DNA of 64,000 nt from an uncultured Nitrososphaerales archaeon (GCA_963709405.1 CAVPXM010000055.1:391656-455655), one strand, 5' to 3'. Counted from the stretch's first letter, positions 33,432 through 44,584 are shown. Program-made: numbers and translations. The notes: a model not told the origin generated them from the letters alone.

Positions 33432-34382
33432 TCATTCATTTCGGTCTATTATATGTCTGAGCTCTAAGATATGGGCAGGAGTTGTACCACAACAACCTCC
33501 AATTATTCGAACAAATTTATAGTTTGTTATAAATTCCTTCATTTTTTGTCCCATCTCTCCTGAACTCATCTTATAAATTGCTTTACCGTTCACATTTTCT
33601 GGCATTCCTGCATTCGGAACAACCAGGATGGACAGATCCTCTTGCTCGTTTAACCATCTAATGCTAGGTGTCATTTCTACAGGACCAGTTGAGCAGTTCA
33701 GTCCGAATACAGTGATACCCATATCACAAATGGTCGTATATGCTGCCTGGACGGTCGTCCCCAACAACATTTTGCCATATTGATCTAAGGTAACATTACC
33801 TATGACAGGGACTGTCCTACCCATGTGCTGCATAGCTAGGTGACATGCTTCGATAGCCAGTTTAACCTCGAGAATATCTTGACTTGTTTCAATAAGCAGT
33901 GCATCGACTTCGCCCTTAAGCAAACCCTCGCACTGCGGTACGAATGCCTCTTTGATTTCGTCAGGAGATTTCTGTCCCAGATCTGGATCATTAGAGCTCG
34001 GAAGAAAGCCCGTAGGACCTAATGAACCGATTACGTACTTGTCTGCGGGTGAGAATTCGTTACACACTTCCCTAGCAAGCTCTGCTGATTTCTTATTAAT
34101 CTCGAAGGTTCGTTCTTTGCATCCATATTCAGACAATTTAATTTTATTGCCACCAAATGTATTTGTCTCGATGCAGTCTGCACCCGCTACAAGATAGCTT
34201 CTGTGTATTCTTTTGATTAACTCAGGATTGGTAAGAACAAGTCCATCATTAAATCCCTCCATCATATTTGGAAAGTCTTGTCGGCCTAGATTTGAACTCT
34301 GGATTTGAGTTCCCATCGCCCCATCGAACAATACGACGTGATCGTGAATAGCCTTGAGAAACGGTATAGCCAAGTAGACCAC
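33432..34382 (-). CDS. metH: Methionine synthase homocysteine-binding (S-methyltransferase) subunit
   Basis: FDGAMGT, ETNTFG, GLNCSTGP, PNAGMP, IGGCCGTTP. Confidence 0.93.
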   Translation of the reverse strand: MVYLAIPFLKAIHDHVVLFDGAMGTQIQSSNLGRQDFPNMMEGFNDGLVLTNPELIKRIHRSYLVAGADCIETNTFGGNKIKLSEYGCKERTFEINKKSAELAREVCNEFSPADKYVIGSLGPTGFLPSSNDPDLGQKSPDEIKEAFVPQCEGLLKGEVDALLIETSQDILEVKLAIEACHLAMQHMGRTVPVIGNVTLDQYGKMLLGTTVQAAYTTICDMGITVFGLNCSTGPVEMTPSIRWLNEQEDLSILVVPNAGMPENVNGKAIYKMSSGEMGQKMKEFITNYKFVRIIGGCCGTTPAHILELRHIIDRNE

Positions 34383-34475
34383 AATTTATCACTCATTACT
34401 TTAATAAGCTTGCGAGAATCTATCTAGTCATATTCATAAGCATATCAGTCACTGTGGCGTCTAATTATCTCCGAA

Positions 34476-34491
34476 ATAGAAGGTATTTATA
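34476..34491 (+). promoter_or_regulatory. Putative archaeal BRE/TATA box for the tRNA
   Basis: Purine-rich stretch followed by TTTATA at 34486-34491, about 43 nt upstream of the tRNA. Confidence 0.4.
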
Positions 34492-34533
34492 CCATGGAAT
34501 TACGGCTAGTAACATAAATCTCTTGACCTGGTT

Positions 34534-34609
34534 GGGCTCATAGTTCAGTTTGGATAGAATGGTCTGCCTGCGGAGCAGTTGGTCGAGGGTTCAAATCCCT
34601 CTGGGCCCG
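34534..34609 (+). tRNA. tRNA-Arg(GCG)
   Basis: Acceptor GGGCTCA/TGGGCCC, D arm GTTC..GAAT, anticodon arm CTGC-CTGCGGA-GCAG, T arm GAGGG-TTCAAAT-CCCTC; CCA not encoded. Confidence 0.93.
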
Positions 34610-34667
34610 TTACGATATTAGTGCTTTTTAGTGGGTTTTCCCAAAAATAAGGTGAAAGAGAAGAAAA

Positions 34668-35918
34668 TTGGAAAACTCGGAAAAATCTGCTATTGAAGCA
34701 GAGGCTCTGGACCCATGGTCATTGTATATTTATGCTATGAAAGCACCGATGACTAGGGATAGATACAAAACCAGATTAGCCAGGTTCTTTGACTTTATAG
34801 GTCTGGAGCTAAGTCCAAATGAACTTGACTATAGGGCAAGAATATTTGCTCAGAAAGGAAGAGAAAATAGCAGTTGGGTTCTAAACAATATACTCAAGTT
34901 TGTTCAGTATCAAAAAGATAGAGTAGATAGAAAAGAGATAACTGCTGCTACTATCAGAAATTACATCAAAAGTATCAAATTGTTTTGTGAGATGGCAGAC
35001 ATATCAATTCCATGGAAGAAAATAACTAGGGGACTTCCAAAAGGCAGGAAATATGCAGACGATAGAATTCCTACACTAGAAGAAATAAGAAAGTTAATAG
35101 AATACCCTGATAGAAGGATCAAAGCTATAGTTTATGCAATGACTTCTTCTGGAATCCGTCTAGGAGCATGGGACTACCTTCAGTGGGGACATATAAGACC
35201 TATTGAGAAAGACGGTGAAACAGTCGCTGCAAAAATGATTGTTTATGCTGGAGAAGATGATGAATATTTTACTTTTATATCTCCTGAATCTTTGAGAGCG
35301 TTAAAGGACTGGATGAATTATAGAGAAATATCCGGAGAGCAAATAAACAACGATAGCTGGATAATGCGTGACCTGTGGGATACAAGGGTGGCACAGGGTA
35401 GAGGACTAGTCACCAAACCAAAAAAACTATCATCTCTTGGTATAAAGAGACTCATGGAAAGAGCAATTTGGGCACAAGGTTTAAGAAAAAAATTAGAACC
35501 AGGAAAAAAGCGGCATCCATATCAGGCCAATCATTCTTTACGTAAGTGGTTTAAAACACGCTGTGAAATCTCAGGCATGAAGCCTATCAATATTGAAACT
35601 CTTCTTTCACATAATATAGGAATAAGCAATTCATACTATCGTCCAACTGAAAATGAGCTTTTAGAGGATTATCTCAAAAGTGTCGATAGCTTAACAATCA
35701 ATGGCAACAAACTGGCCTTACAAAAGCAGCTAGCAGATTTAACAGAAAAGAGCAAACAGGAAAATTATATTATAAAAGGAAAATTGTCAGATAAAGAAAC
35801 AGAGATAGAAATACTAAAACAGCGTGATTCTATGAATACAGATGCAATTGGAAGCCTAACTGACAAGTTTATGCAACTGACGCAAGAAGTTGAGGAGCTA
35901 AAGAAGAAAAATAAATAG
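34668..35918 (+). CDS. Tyrosine recombinase / integrase with a C-terminal coiled coil
   Basis: SSGIRLGA (R), HSLRK (HxxR), LLSH (H), SYYRP (Y). Confidence 0.92.
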   Translation: MENSEKSAIEAEALDPWSLYIYAMKAPMTRDRYKTRLARFFDFIGLELSPNELDYRARIFAQKGRENSSWVLNNILKFVQYQKDRVDRKEITAATIRNYIKSIKLFCEMADISIPWKKITRGLPKGRKYADDRIPTLEEIRKLIEYPDRRIKAIVYAMTSSGIRLGAWDYLQWGHIRPIEKDGETVAAKMIVYAGEDDEYFTFISPESLRALKDWMNYREISGEQINNDSWIMRDLWDTRVAQGRGLVTKPKKLSSLGIKRLMERAIWAQGLRKKLEPGKKRHPYQANHSLRKWFKTRCEISGMKPINIETLLSHNIGISNSYYRPTENELLEDYLKSVDSLTINGNKLALQKQLADLTEKSKQENYIIKGKLSDKETEIEILKQRDSMNTDAIGSLTDKFMQLTQEVEELKKKNK

Positions 35919-35929
35919 CTTAATTTGAT

Positions 35930-36330
35930 TAAAATCTTACAGAGTTGGCAGATTTATCAAGTAGGAAGGAAGATGAGTATACAAACGCAGGAAAGTAATC
36001 TTTCACTCGTTTCGTAGATTTGTAAAGAGAAAAATAACTAATCAAACTAGGAATGATACTTTTGGTGAATGGTTTTTGGGCACTCGAAATCTCCTTACTA
36101 TACAACTAAGAATGAAGAACTAAAGCGCACATATAGAGATGATTTCATGAAATATTTGACATTTCTGGACTATCCTACACTTGACTCAACAGCTATGAGC
36201 TTTGAAGCTAAATTAAATCCAGTAGTAGAACAAAAGCATCAAGAAATTGCAGCGTTAACTTAAGCAGCTAAGACAAGAAAATGAAAAAATGAGGCAAAGG
36301 TTAAGTGAACTGGAAAAGAAACAAAAATAA
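35930..36330 (+). pseudogene. C-terminal fragment of a second tyrosine integrase
   Basis: Manual translation across frameshifts gives LADLSSRKED..KRRKVIFHSFRRFVK...GEWFLG/HSKSPYY...MKYLTFLDYPTL. Confidence 0.75.
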
Positions 36331-36335
36331 GAATT

Positions 36336-36908
36336 CTATTTGTTATTTTCACTAGCACGTCTAACTACTGGATTGCTCAATTTGTCTAATACCTTCACAA
36401 ATTCAGAAATCTCAGGCATATCACAATGAATATGACGATATTTGTTGCGATACGTGATGCTCTTATCATTATAAGTTAAGTTTTCGATTTTTCTAGCTTT
36501 GACTTCTTGTTCAATTTTTTCGCTGTTTGGGACTAATTGAGTTCTTTTTACTAACGTCCCTTTTTTACTTTCCACTTTAATTTGTTTTATTTTTAAATAT
36601 TTTTTACAACGGTCACTGTAAATAATTGATTGAAAGGTCGAATCTGGAATAAACATTATTTCTTGTTTACCTAATGCTTCGCCTAATGCTCGTATAGCTT
36701 CATTGCACTTCACTTTTAGTTGGTTAAATCCTACAGGTACATGACGAGTTTTATAATAATAGAAGCAGACTATTAGAACTATTAACCAGCGCTCGTGATA
36801 CACAAGTTGCGTCCAATCTAGGCCGTCAAACTGTTCCAAATATTCTTCTTCTAAAAAATTTTTTGGGCGTTTCGTGGACAGTAAGTACGACCCCTTCCAT
36901 ATAGACAT
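36336..36908 (-). CDS. Element-borne hypothetical protein, possibly winged-helix; start uncertain
   Basis: Long basic ORF divergent from the AbrB-like gene. Confidence 0.5.
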   Translation of the reverse strand: MSIWKGSYLLSTKRPKNFLEEEYLEQFDGLDWTQLVYHERWLIVLIVCFYYYKTRHVPVGFNQLKVKCNEAIRALGEALGKQEIMFIPDSTFQSIIYSDRCKKYLKIKQIKVESKKGTLVKRTQLVPNSEKIEQEVKARKIENLTYNDKSITYRNKYRHIHCDMPEISEFVKVLDKLSNPVVRRASENNK

Positions 36909-36909
36909 T

Positions 36910-37071
36910 GTGAATTCAAAACTAGTTACAAAAATTTGGACATCAGGCCATAGCTCTGCTTGTCTGGTGATTCCGAAAAAAGTTGCACTCGAACACGGGC
37001 TTACGGATGATGCGCACGTCGTGGTGGAAAGTACTGAAAATGGCATTTTAATTCGTAGACTGGAAATTTAG
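36910..37071 (+). CDS. AbrB/MazE/SpoVT-type DNA-binding protein
   Basis: TKIWTSGHSSACLVIPKKVALEHGL....VVVESTENGILIRRL. Confidence 0.75.
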   Translation: MNSKLVTKIWTSGHSSACLVIPKKVALEHGLTDDAHVVVESTENGILIRRLEI

Positions 37072-37085
37072 GAGGAAAAAAGAAG

Positions 37086-37271
37086 ATGAAGATTGTTGTT
37101 ACTACTGGTAAGGCTAGTCCCGGCTATAAACATTTAAAAGGACAAACTAGTCTGGCAGACTTGGGATTCATTGCCAGTCGCCCGTTTGACAGAGTAAAAG
37201 TCTCCCGACAAACGAAAATTAGCGAATTTTTCCAAAGGAGGAAAGTGAATAATGCCCTCGCCTCCCATTGA
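37086..37271 (+). CDS. Small basic hypothetical protein
   Basis: GGAGG upstream; overlaps the next gene in an operon-like manner. Confidence 0.45.
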   Translation: MKIVVTTGKASPGYKHLKGQTSLADLGFIASRPFDRVKVSRQTKISEFFQRRKVNNALASH

Positions 37272-38632
37272 GGAAATCGAAATCAATGATGCACTAAGAG
37301 AATTGAAAATAACAAAGTTCCAAAAGTTAGATTCCATCTTTCAAGTCTTTCTAGGTGAGAATCGCCTAATTACTATAGATATTGCTAAAGAAGCTTTAAA
37401 GACTCTTAAGAACTTACAAAATGCGGCAGAGGAAAGCGGTCTTGATAAAGATAAAATTGATAGTCTAAAAATTATTGTAGCAAAAGATTATCCCGAACTT
37501 CTCAAGTTAGTTGAAGTAAAGCAAGAAACTGATACTAAAAGTGATAAGGAAAGGGAGAAATCCTCTGCAGGTGTGGCAATTCGGTTAGTGAAGAAATTCT
37601 GTGAGGAATTTTTTCTTGATAACTTAAGTCAGCCTTTTGCAGCAATTAAAGTGGATGAACATGTAGAAGTCATTCCTATTAAAAATAAGAGATTCAAAAA
37701 TTGGGTATCAAAGTTATACTATGATGCTACTAAACAAGAAAACAAGTCAGACAATTCAATAGGAGATATTTTAAGCAGTGAGGCATTGAATAGCGCTTTA
37801 CGTGTAATAGAGGGTGAAGCAATATTTAGTAAGAAAGAACCTAAGCAACTTTACTTGCGTGTGGCCAAAACTGAAGATGAAACAATTTACTATGATTTGG
37901 TAAATAAAGATTGGCAAGCAGTAAAAGTTACGCCTGAAGGTTGGAATATAATTTATGCGCCTCCAATATTCAAAAGACTCAGCCATCAAAGAGCTCAAGT
38001 TTTTCCAGATAGAAACTACCCGAGCGACATTTTTGATAAGTTCATTAATCTAATGCGTCTTTCTGAAAATCCAGATAACAAGCTATTATTTCAGTGCTAT
38101 ATCATTTCCCTGTTTTATTACGGCATAGTTCATGGCAGCTTTGATGTTACACGGAGAGGGTGGTACTGCAAAGACTACACGTCAAAAGCTAATAGGATGG
38201 ATTGTTGACCCTAGCGCAACTTTAGTTGTAACTTTACCATCTAATACGAAAGAGGCCGCGCATGTAATAGTAGGTCATTATCTTTGTTACTTTGATAATA
38301 TCTCAAAAATCTCTGATGCGATGTCGGATTTACTTTGGACCGCTATAACTGGGGCCGGAATTGTTAAAAGGGAATTATATACAGACGACGACGACATTAT
38401 CAATGAGGCCCGACACTGCTTAGGGTTAACGGGTATTAATTTAGTTGCAACTAAGAGTGATTTAATTGATAGGGGATTAATAATTGAACACAAAGTAATT
38501 TCAGAGCGCGAGAAAAAACGAGAGGAGGTATTATATAGTAGCTTTCATGAAATGCGTCCTGGGCTATTAGGGTATATTATAGACAACTTGGTAAAGATTC
38601 TCAAGTGGAAAAAAGAACATCCACAAGGGTTG
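37252..38632 (+). CDS. Plasmid/phage-type replication ATPase (SF3-helicase-like), frameshifted near 38135 and truncated at the junction
   Basis: YLRVA...YYDLVN.DWQAVKVTPEGW...PPIFKR; Walker A HGEGGTAKTT, YFDNIS, KRELYTDDD, LTGIN, SDLIDR. Confidence 0.7.
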
Positions 38633-38767
38633 CAACGGAATCCCCAGCTTCTCGAGGTCTTCATCGGTTAGCTCGGGCAACAGATCCAAATCGATCTCTT
38701 GCTCGGAGAACAGCTCGACGTACTTGTCGAGGCCAAGTGCCCTGAGCCAATCCGCTGTGGACCGCAT
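38633..38767 (-). pseudogene. Truncated N-terminal SAM domain of a bacterial gene (typical start of SAM-cyclase-AAA proteins)
   Basis: MRSTADWLRALGLDKYVELFSEQEIDLDLLPELTDEDLEKLGIPL stops where the archaeal DNA begins. Confidence 0.8.
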
Positions 38768-39017
38768 GTTCCCTTGGTCTGTCGGCATGTGTGCGACTCT
38801 CGCGCCCGGCGCAAAGAAGACACCGGAAGAGCGACCAAGTGACGTAGGTATGTGAGAGTGTACGGTAGTTCCTAGCCAAGTGCCCAGGGTATGGGGCCTC
38901 ACCTCCTGTGTGCGGCTTAGCGTCCGAGATGGCGCGTTCCACCAACGCTCTGCGAGTGCGCCGCGTTGCTCGCCATGTAGCGAACAGCGCGGCGTGGAGT
39001 TGGCTGGTGAAAGAAAC

Positions 39018-40632
39018 CTACTGCCCGTGTGCCGCCCGCGCCTTCTCGATCTGAGCTTTCACGGCCTCGAGGTTGAAGCTCGCGCCCGGCTGCATCGGCG
39101 GGAACTCGATCGCCGTCTGCGCGACCTTCGCCACTTCCTTCTGCACGAACTGGAAGCGCCAGAACTCGTAAAGGAACCAGTTGTAGTACGCGATCGACCC
39201 GTTGGCCCCGCTCGGCATGCCGGTGCGCTCGTACGGGTCGAGGCGAAGGTTGGTCAGGATCGGCCAGTCGACTTTGATCGTTCCGCCCAGCCAGCCTTGC
39301 GGCTGATCGGTGAACCGGTATTTGAAGTCGTTGATCCGCACCGCCGAAAGCGTGCCCTCGGTGAAGTAGAAGATCTCGTGGCGTGCCGATGGGCCCTTGC
39401 CGGTGATCAGATCCATCTGGTTGTAGCCGTCCAGGTGCACCTTGTACGTGCGATCACCGAGTTGCTTGCCCTTCAGCAGCTCATCGGTGATGTTGGGGTT
39501 GCCGGCTGCCGCGACGAGCGTCGGGAACCAGTCCAGGCCGGACATGATCGCGTTCTGGACCTTGCCCGCCGGCACCTTGCCCGGCCAGCGCAGGATCATC
39601 GGCACACGGAAGCCACCCTCGAGGGCCGTGCCCTTGCCACCGGCGAACGGCGTCTGGCCGCCGTCTGGCCAGGTGAAGTTCTCGGCGCCGTTGTCGGTCG
39701 TGAAGCCGACGATGGTGTCGCCTTCGAGGCCGGCGTCCTTCACATATTTCATCACCGAGCCGACGATATCGTCGATCTGCGCCATCCCGGCTTCTTGTAT
39801 GGACCAGTTGTTCTCGGAGTTACGCATCCCTTCATACTTAGGTGACAGATGCGTGACAACGTGCATGCGCGTGGGGTTGAGCCAGAGGAAGAACGGCTTG
39901 CCGTCCTTGCGCGCCTTGTCGACGAACTTGAGGGCGTGGTCGAGGATCTCGTCGTCCACGGTCTCCATCCGCTTGGGACAAAGCTCGCCGGCGTCCTCGA
40001 TCTTCTGCTTGCCGATCTTACCCCAGCGCGGTTGCACGGTCGGGTCATCGACATTGGTCGCCCACGAATGGACCATGTTGCGCGGGCCTACCGTCTCCCT
40101 GCAGCGCCTGCGGGTAGTTCGGGTGGCAGTGGTCCTCCATCGCATCCAGGTGATAGAGGTAGCCATAGAATTCATCGAAGCCGTGCATGGTCGGCAGGAA
40201 CTGGTTGAGATCGCCCAGGTGATTCTTGCCGAACTGGCCGGTGGCGTAGCCCATCGATTTCAATGCCGTCGCGATCGTCGGCGCCTGCGCCGGCATCCCG
40301 ATCGGCGACCCGGCCTGCCCCACCGTCGTCAGGCCGGTGCGGATCGGCAGCTCGCCAGTGATGAAGTTGGCGCGTCCGGCCGTGCAGCTCGCCTCAGCGT
40401 AGTAGTCGGTGAAACGCATTCCCTCGGACGCCAACCTGTCGAGGTTGGGCGTTCTCATTGCCATGATCCCCTGGTTGTAGGCGCCGATGTTGGCCCAGCC
40501 GATGTCATCGCCCATGATCATGATGATGTTGGGTTGCTTTGCCGTCTGGGCCTGCGCGAGCGCCGGGCACGCCATCGCGAACAACGCGATGAGCGGCGCC
40601 CAGAGCACCCGCAGACTTCTCGTTGCGTTCAT
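39018..40632 (-). CDS. Arylsulfatase with signal peptide (frameshifts near 40100)
   Basis: PNIIMIMGDDIG, SCTAGRA (CxxxR), GKNHLG, DNG, EGGFRVP. Confidence 0.92.
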
Positions 40633-41278
40633 GCACTACCTCGTTCGTTGGTTGGAGAGAAAGAAACGGTGGGTTGGGACAGAATTGGCGTTGAGGCGGG
40701 CTCGTCCCGCCGCGAGGGTGGGGCAAGCAACACCTCCTGTCAATGAGACCAAGGTCCCGGAGCGGCTCGGCCGGTTGCGTCCGAACCCGCCTGTGGCGTC
40801 GCGCTCGACCATCCCGACGCAAGATGTCACGCGGACATTCCGTCGCCGGACGAATTCGCCGTCCGCGGCATGACGAACGAAGATGAAGTCCGCCGATGGT
40901 ACACTCGCACAGGTCTCGTGCACGAGAAATCAGGGCCCCAAGGCAGTGCTCGGCCTTGTCGCCGCCGCGAAGAATGTCGGCGGACAGCGACCGCAGGAGC
41001 GGTCGCCCCGATGATAGGCGCTCAGACTGGAGTCTGTTGCATCACCTCAGCGTCTGCGCCGTTCGAGCCGCAGCTGAGTCGGAACCCGGCTCGGCATGCT
41101 GCGGAGCCCTCGTGAATCATGCAGGCAGCCGACGCGCGCCGGATGCAAGTCGGCCCGGATCCGTAAGCGATTTGTAAGGGCCGATAGGTTAGGCTATGCG
41201 TTTCATGACCGGCGCGGTAGTTCCCATCACTCTTGCGTTTGAATTTCCCACGGTCCGATCCCTGAAGAGGAGTTCACC

Positions 41279-42301
41279 ATGCCCGCACCGAAATGCTGCT
41301 TCGACCGCATCCTCCCGCGTGATCTGCTGCGCCCCCGTGAAACGACACGAGGCCCCGGCGGCCGGGTGCGTGCCCTTGCACCCAAGGGGAAGAGCTGGAT
41401 CAACGGCTCCACGCTGCGAGTGCGGTTCATGGGTGGCACGGCGGCCGAGCAGGCTACCGCGCGCGAGCAAGCGGCGTGGTGGTCGGCCGTAGCCAACCTC
41501 AAGTTCGATTTCGGCAACGCTCCGGACGCCGAAATTCGCATTACATTCGACCAGAACGACGGGGCCTGGTCGAACATCGGCACCGACGCGCGCACCGTGC
41601 CGTCCAATCAGGCCACGATGAACCTGGGTTTTCTCGACGGCGGTACGGCTGCGCACGAGTTCGGCCACGCCATCGGCCTGGCGCACGAGCACTCCAGCCC
41701 CGCCGGCGGGATTCAATGGAACGAGCCCGTCGTGCTGAAAGCGCTGGCCGGCCCGCCCAACTTCTGGGACCCGGCGACCACGCGGCACAACGTGTTCTTC
41801 AAGTACTCGATGGACAGCGTCAATGGCACCGAGTTCGACCCCGACTCGATCATGCTCTATGCCTTTCCGGCGCAATGGACGCTCAACAACGTCGCGACAC
41901 ACGCCAACGATGTGCTCTCGCGCATGGACAAGGAGTTCATCGCCGGCGCCAAGATGTACCCGAAGAGCCAGCCCGGCCTGCCTGGCGCTGTGGCGCTGAC
42001 TGTCGGTGCACCGCGCCTCGAGGCTGCGATCGGCAAGCCCGGCGAGGAGGACCTGTATCGCTTCCGTGCGGACAAGGACGGTGTGTACGTGATCGACACA
42101 GTCGGCCAGACCGACGTCTACATGAAGCTGTTCGGGCCCAACAGCCCCACCGCCCTGATCGAGGAAGACGACGACAGCGGCCTTGGCCTCAACCCGCGCA
42201 TCTCCGCTTCGCTGATGGCCGGAGACTACTTCGTCCAGGTGCGGCACTACGACAAGAGCTCGGGTACCGGCAAGTACTCGATCGCCGTAAAGAAGCGCTG
42301 A
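41279..42301 (+). CDS. Metzincin (astacin/M12A-like) peptidase with a C-terminal PPC-like domain
   Basis: HEFGHAIGLAHEH, DPDSIMLY Met-turn; EEDLYRF...DVYMKLFGP...EDDDSG; RBS GAGGAG. Confidence 0.85.
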   Translation: MPAPKCCFDRILPRDLLRPRETTRGPGGRVRALAPKGKSWINGSTLRVRFMGGTAAEQATAREQAAWWSAVANLKFDFGNAPDAEIRITFDQNDGAWSNIGTDARTVPSNQATMNLGFLDGGTAAHEFGHAIGLAHEHSSPAGGIQWNEPVVLKALAGPPNFWDPATTRHNVFFKYSMDSVNGTEFDPDSIMLYAFPAQWTLNNVATHANDVLSRMDKEFIAGAKMYPKSQPGLPGAVALTVGAPRLEAAIGKPGEEDLYRFRADKDGVYVIDTVGQTDVYMKLFGPNSPTALIEEDDDSGLGLNPRISASLMAGDYFVQVRHYDKSSGTGKYSIAVKKR

Positions 42302-42364
42302 TCGTGCGAGCCGGCTGCCGGCTTTCCGGGCAGCCGGTGCTCTATTCGGCGCTGGGGCTCGAGC

Positions 42365-43111
42365 TCAGGCAGCGGCTCCCGTGCAATCGCCTTCGACCGT
42401 GAGCACTGGCGCAGCTCGCCGGTAGATCAACAGACGTCCCTTGTACGCGGCGGCTGCGGCCGAGGCCGGCCTGTTGAGCCGTTCTTCGCGCATCAGGAAG
42501 CCCAGGGCCGCCATGTGCCGATTGAAGGCCGGCCGATTGCCGCGGTCGGGGTCGACGATCCACACTTCTCCCGCCGGCGACGAGTGGCGCGCGATGAATC
42601 CCGCGAGAGCCGCGCTTGCATCCCGCTCGTATAGAAGGTCGCTGCCGATGACCAGATCGTATTCGCCTTGCACGACGCAACGCGCCGAGGCGGCTTGCCG
42701 TCCCGGCGTCGGCGCCTCCAGGCCGCCCCAGTGACCGTGCCGGTACTTCATCGGTCCCAGACGATTCAGACGCAGGTTCTCCTCCAGAAAGCGCTCGGCC
42801 AGAGGGTGGCAATCGCTCGCGGTCACATCGGCACCTCGGCGATGGCCGACGAGGCTTGCCAGGGCGAGCCCGCAACCGATCTCCAGGATCCGCTCACCGA
42901 AGCACACACGCCTGAGCGCCAGGCGCGCCGCCAGGTGCTCGGCGGACGGCCAGAGCAGACCGAACAATGGCCACCCCGCCGAGGAGATGCCCATACGATC
43001 GGCTTCCCCGAGCGGATCGAAGAACTGCCCGCGATCGAGCAGCGAGCGGATGACCAGATCGTCAACGCCCGCGATGGCGACACGCTCTCGCTTAGTCTGG
43101 TAGCCGGGCAT
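42365..43111 (-). CDS. Class I SAM-dependent methyltransferase (Methyltransf_16-like)
   Basis: [30 protein letters not shown]. Confidence 0.88.
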   Translation of the reverse strand: MPGYQTKRERVAIAGVDDLVIRSLLDRGQFFDPLGEADRMGISSAGWPLFGLLWPSAEHLAARLALRRVCFGERILEIGCGLALASLVGHRRGADVTASDCHPLAERFLEENLRLNRLGPMKYRHGHWGGLEAPTPGRQAASARCVVQGEYDLVIGSDLLYERDASAALAGFIARHSSPAGEVWIVDPDRGNRPAFNRHMAALGFLMREERLNRPASAAAAAYKGRLLIYRRAAPVLTVEGDCTGAAA

Positions 43112-43288
43112 CGATCTGGATAGGGAGCCGCATGAAGCGCTTCGAAGCAAGGAGGGGTCCAGGAGCACGGGGGGCGCCCGGATCCGCTTTCGCCCGGCGG
43201 CGCCGCCGACCGGCCCCGGCCAAGCCCCGCCGGTCGGGGATGGCAACGCGCACTACCGGCGATACTGGTTCCAATGTCTGGTTTTCAG

Positions 43289-44500
43289 CTATGCGCTGAC
43301 GGGATGGCTTGCCAGCTCCATCTTGCCGATCTGGTTGCGATGCACCTCGTCGGGCCCGTCCGCCAGCCGTAGCGCGCGAGCCGCACGCGTACGCGCCGGC
43401 GAGAAACGGATCTGCGACACCGCCGCCGCCATATGCCTGAATCGCCCAGTCGATGACCCGCGTCGCCATGTTCGGCACGGCAACCTTGATCATGGCGATC
43501 TGCTTGGCGGCGACCTTGTTTCCCTCGCTGTCCATCGTGCGTGCGGTTTGCAGCACCAGCAGCCGCGCCTGATCGATGAGGATACGCGCTTCGGCGATGC
43601 GCTCCAAAGTCACCGTTTGCTCCGCGATCGGCTTGCCGAAGGTCACGCGCACGCGTGTGCGGCGGCACATCATCTCCAGCGCACGCTCCGCCAGCCCGAT
43701 CAACCGCATGCAGTGATGGACCCGGCCGGGTCCGAGCCGGCCTTGCGCGATCTCGAAGCCGCGTCCCTCGCCCAGCAGCAGGTTGGCGACAGGCACGCGC
43801 ACCTGCTCGAAGATGATCTCGGCGTGACCGTGCGGCGCGTGGTCGAAGCCGAACACCGGCAGGTGACGCACGACCTTGACGCCTGGCGCATCGATCGGCA
43901 CCAGGATCATCGACTGCTGGGCGTGGCGCGGCGCGTCCGGGTCGGTCTTGCCCATGAAGATGAGGAGCTTGCAGCGGCGATCGATGGCGCCGGTCGCCCA
44001 CCACTTGTGGCCGTTCAGGACATAGTGGGCGCCGTCGCGCCGGATCGAGGCTGGCGATGTTGGTCGCGTCCGACGATGCGACGTCCGGCTCGGTCATCGC
44101 GAAAGCGGAGCGGATCTCTCCCGCGAGCAGCGGGCTCGAGCCATGCCCGCTTCTGCTCTTCGGTTCCATAGCGCAGCAGCACTTCCATGTTGCCGGTGTC
44201 CGGCGCGGAGCAATTGAACGCCTCCGACGCCCATTCGACGCGTCCCATGATTTCCGCGAGCGGCGCGTACTCGTAGTTGCTCAACCCCGTGCCGTGCTCC
44301 CGTGCGGCAGGAACAGGTTCCACAATCCCTGTGCCTGCGCTTTGCGCTTGAGGTCTTCCATCAGCGCGAGCGGCTGCCAGCGGTCGCCTTGCGCGACCTC
44401 GTGCTCGAACCTGGCTTCGTTCGGATAGATGTGCTCGTCCATGAACGCCGACAGGCGCGCCATGAGCTCTTTGGTGCGGTTCGAATAGTCCGAGATCCAT
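43289..44500 (-). CDS. Acyl-CoA dehydrogenase (several frameshifts)
   Basis: [61 protein letters not shown] across fragments. Confidence 0.9.
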
Positions 44501-44584
44501 TGTGCCGCCCGGTTCGGTGAATCGATTGAGGCAAAGTAGCACGCCGGCTATGATCCAGGAAATGAATTGATCGAATGCTCAAAC

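Larger units (their letters stand above)
34610..38632. mobile_element. Left part of an archaeal integrative element at tRNA-Arg, cut off at the junction
   Basis: tRNA followed by integrase, integrase fragment, AbrB-like gene and replication-type ATPase; more AT-rich than the flanking core genes. Confidence 0.8.

Noticed and set aside
30828-34382. Split metH as a broken gene
   Set aside because: Clean split at a domain boundary with separate start and stop; split MetH is a known natural arrangement
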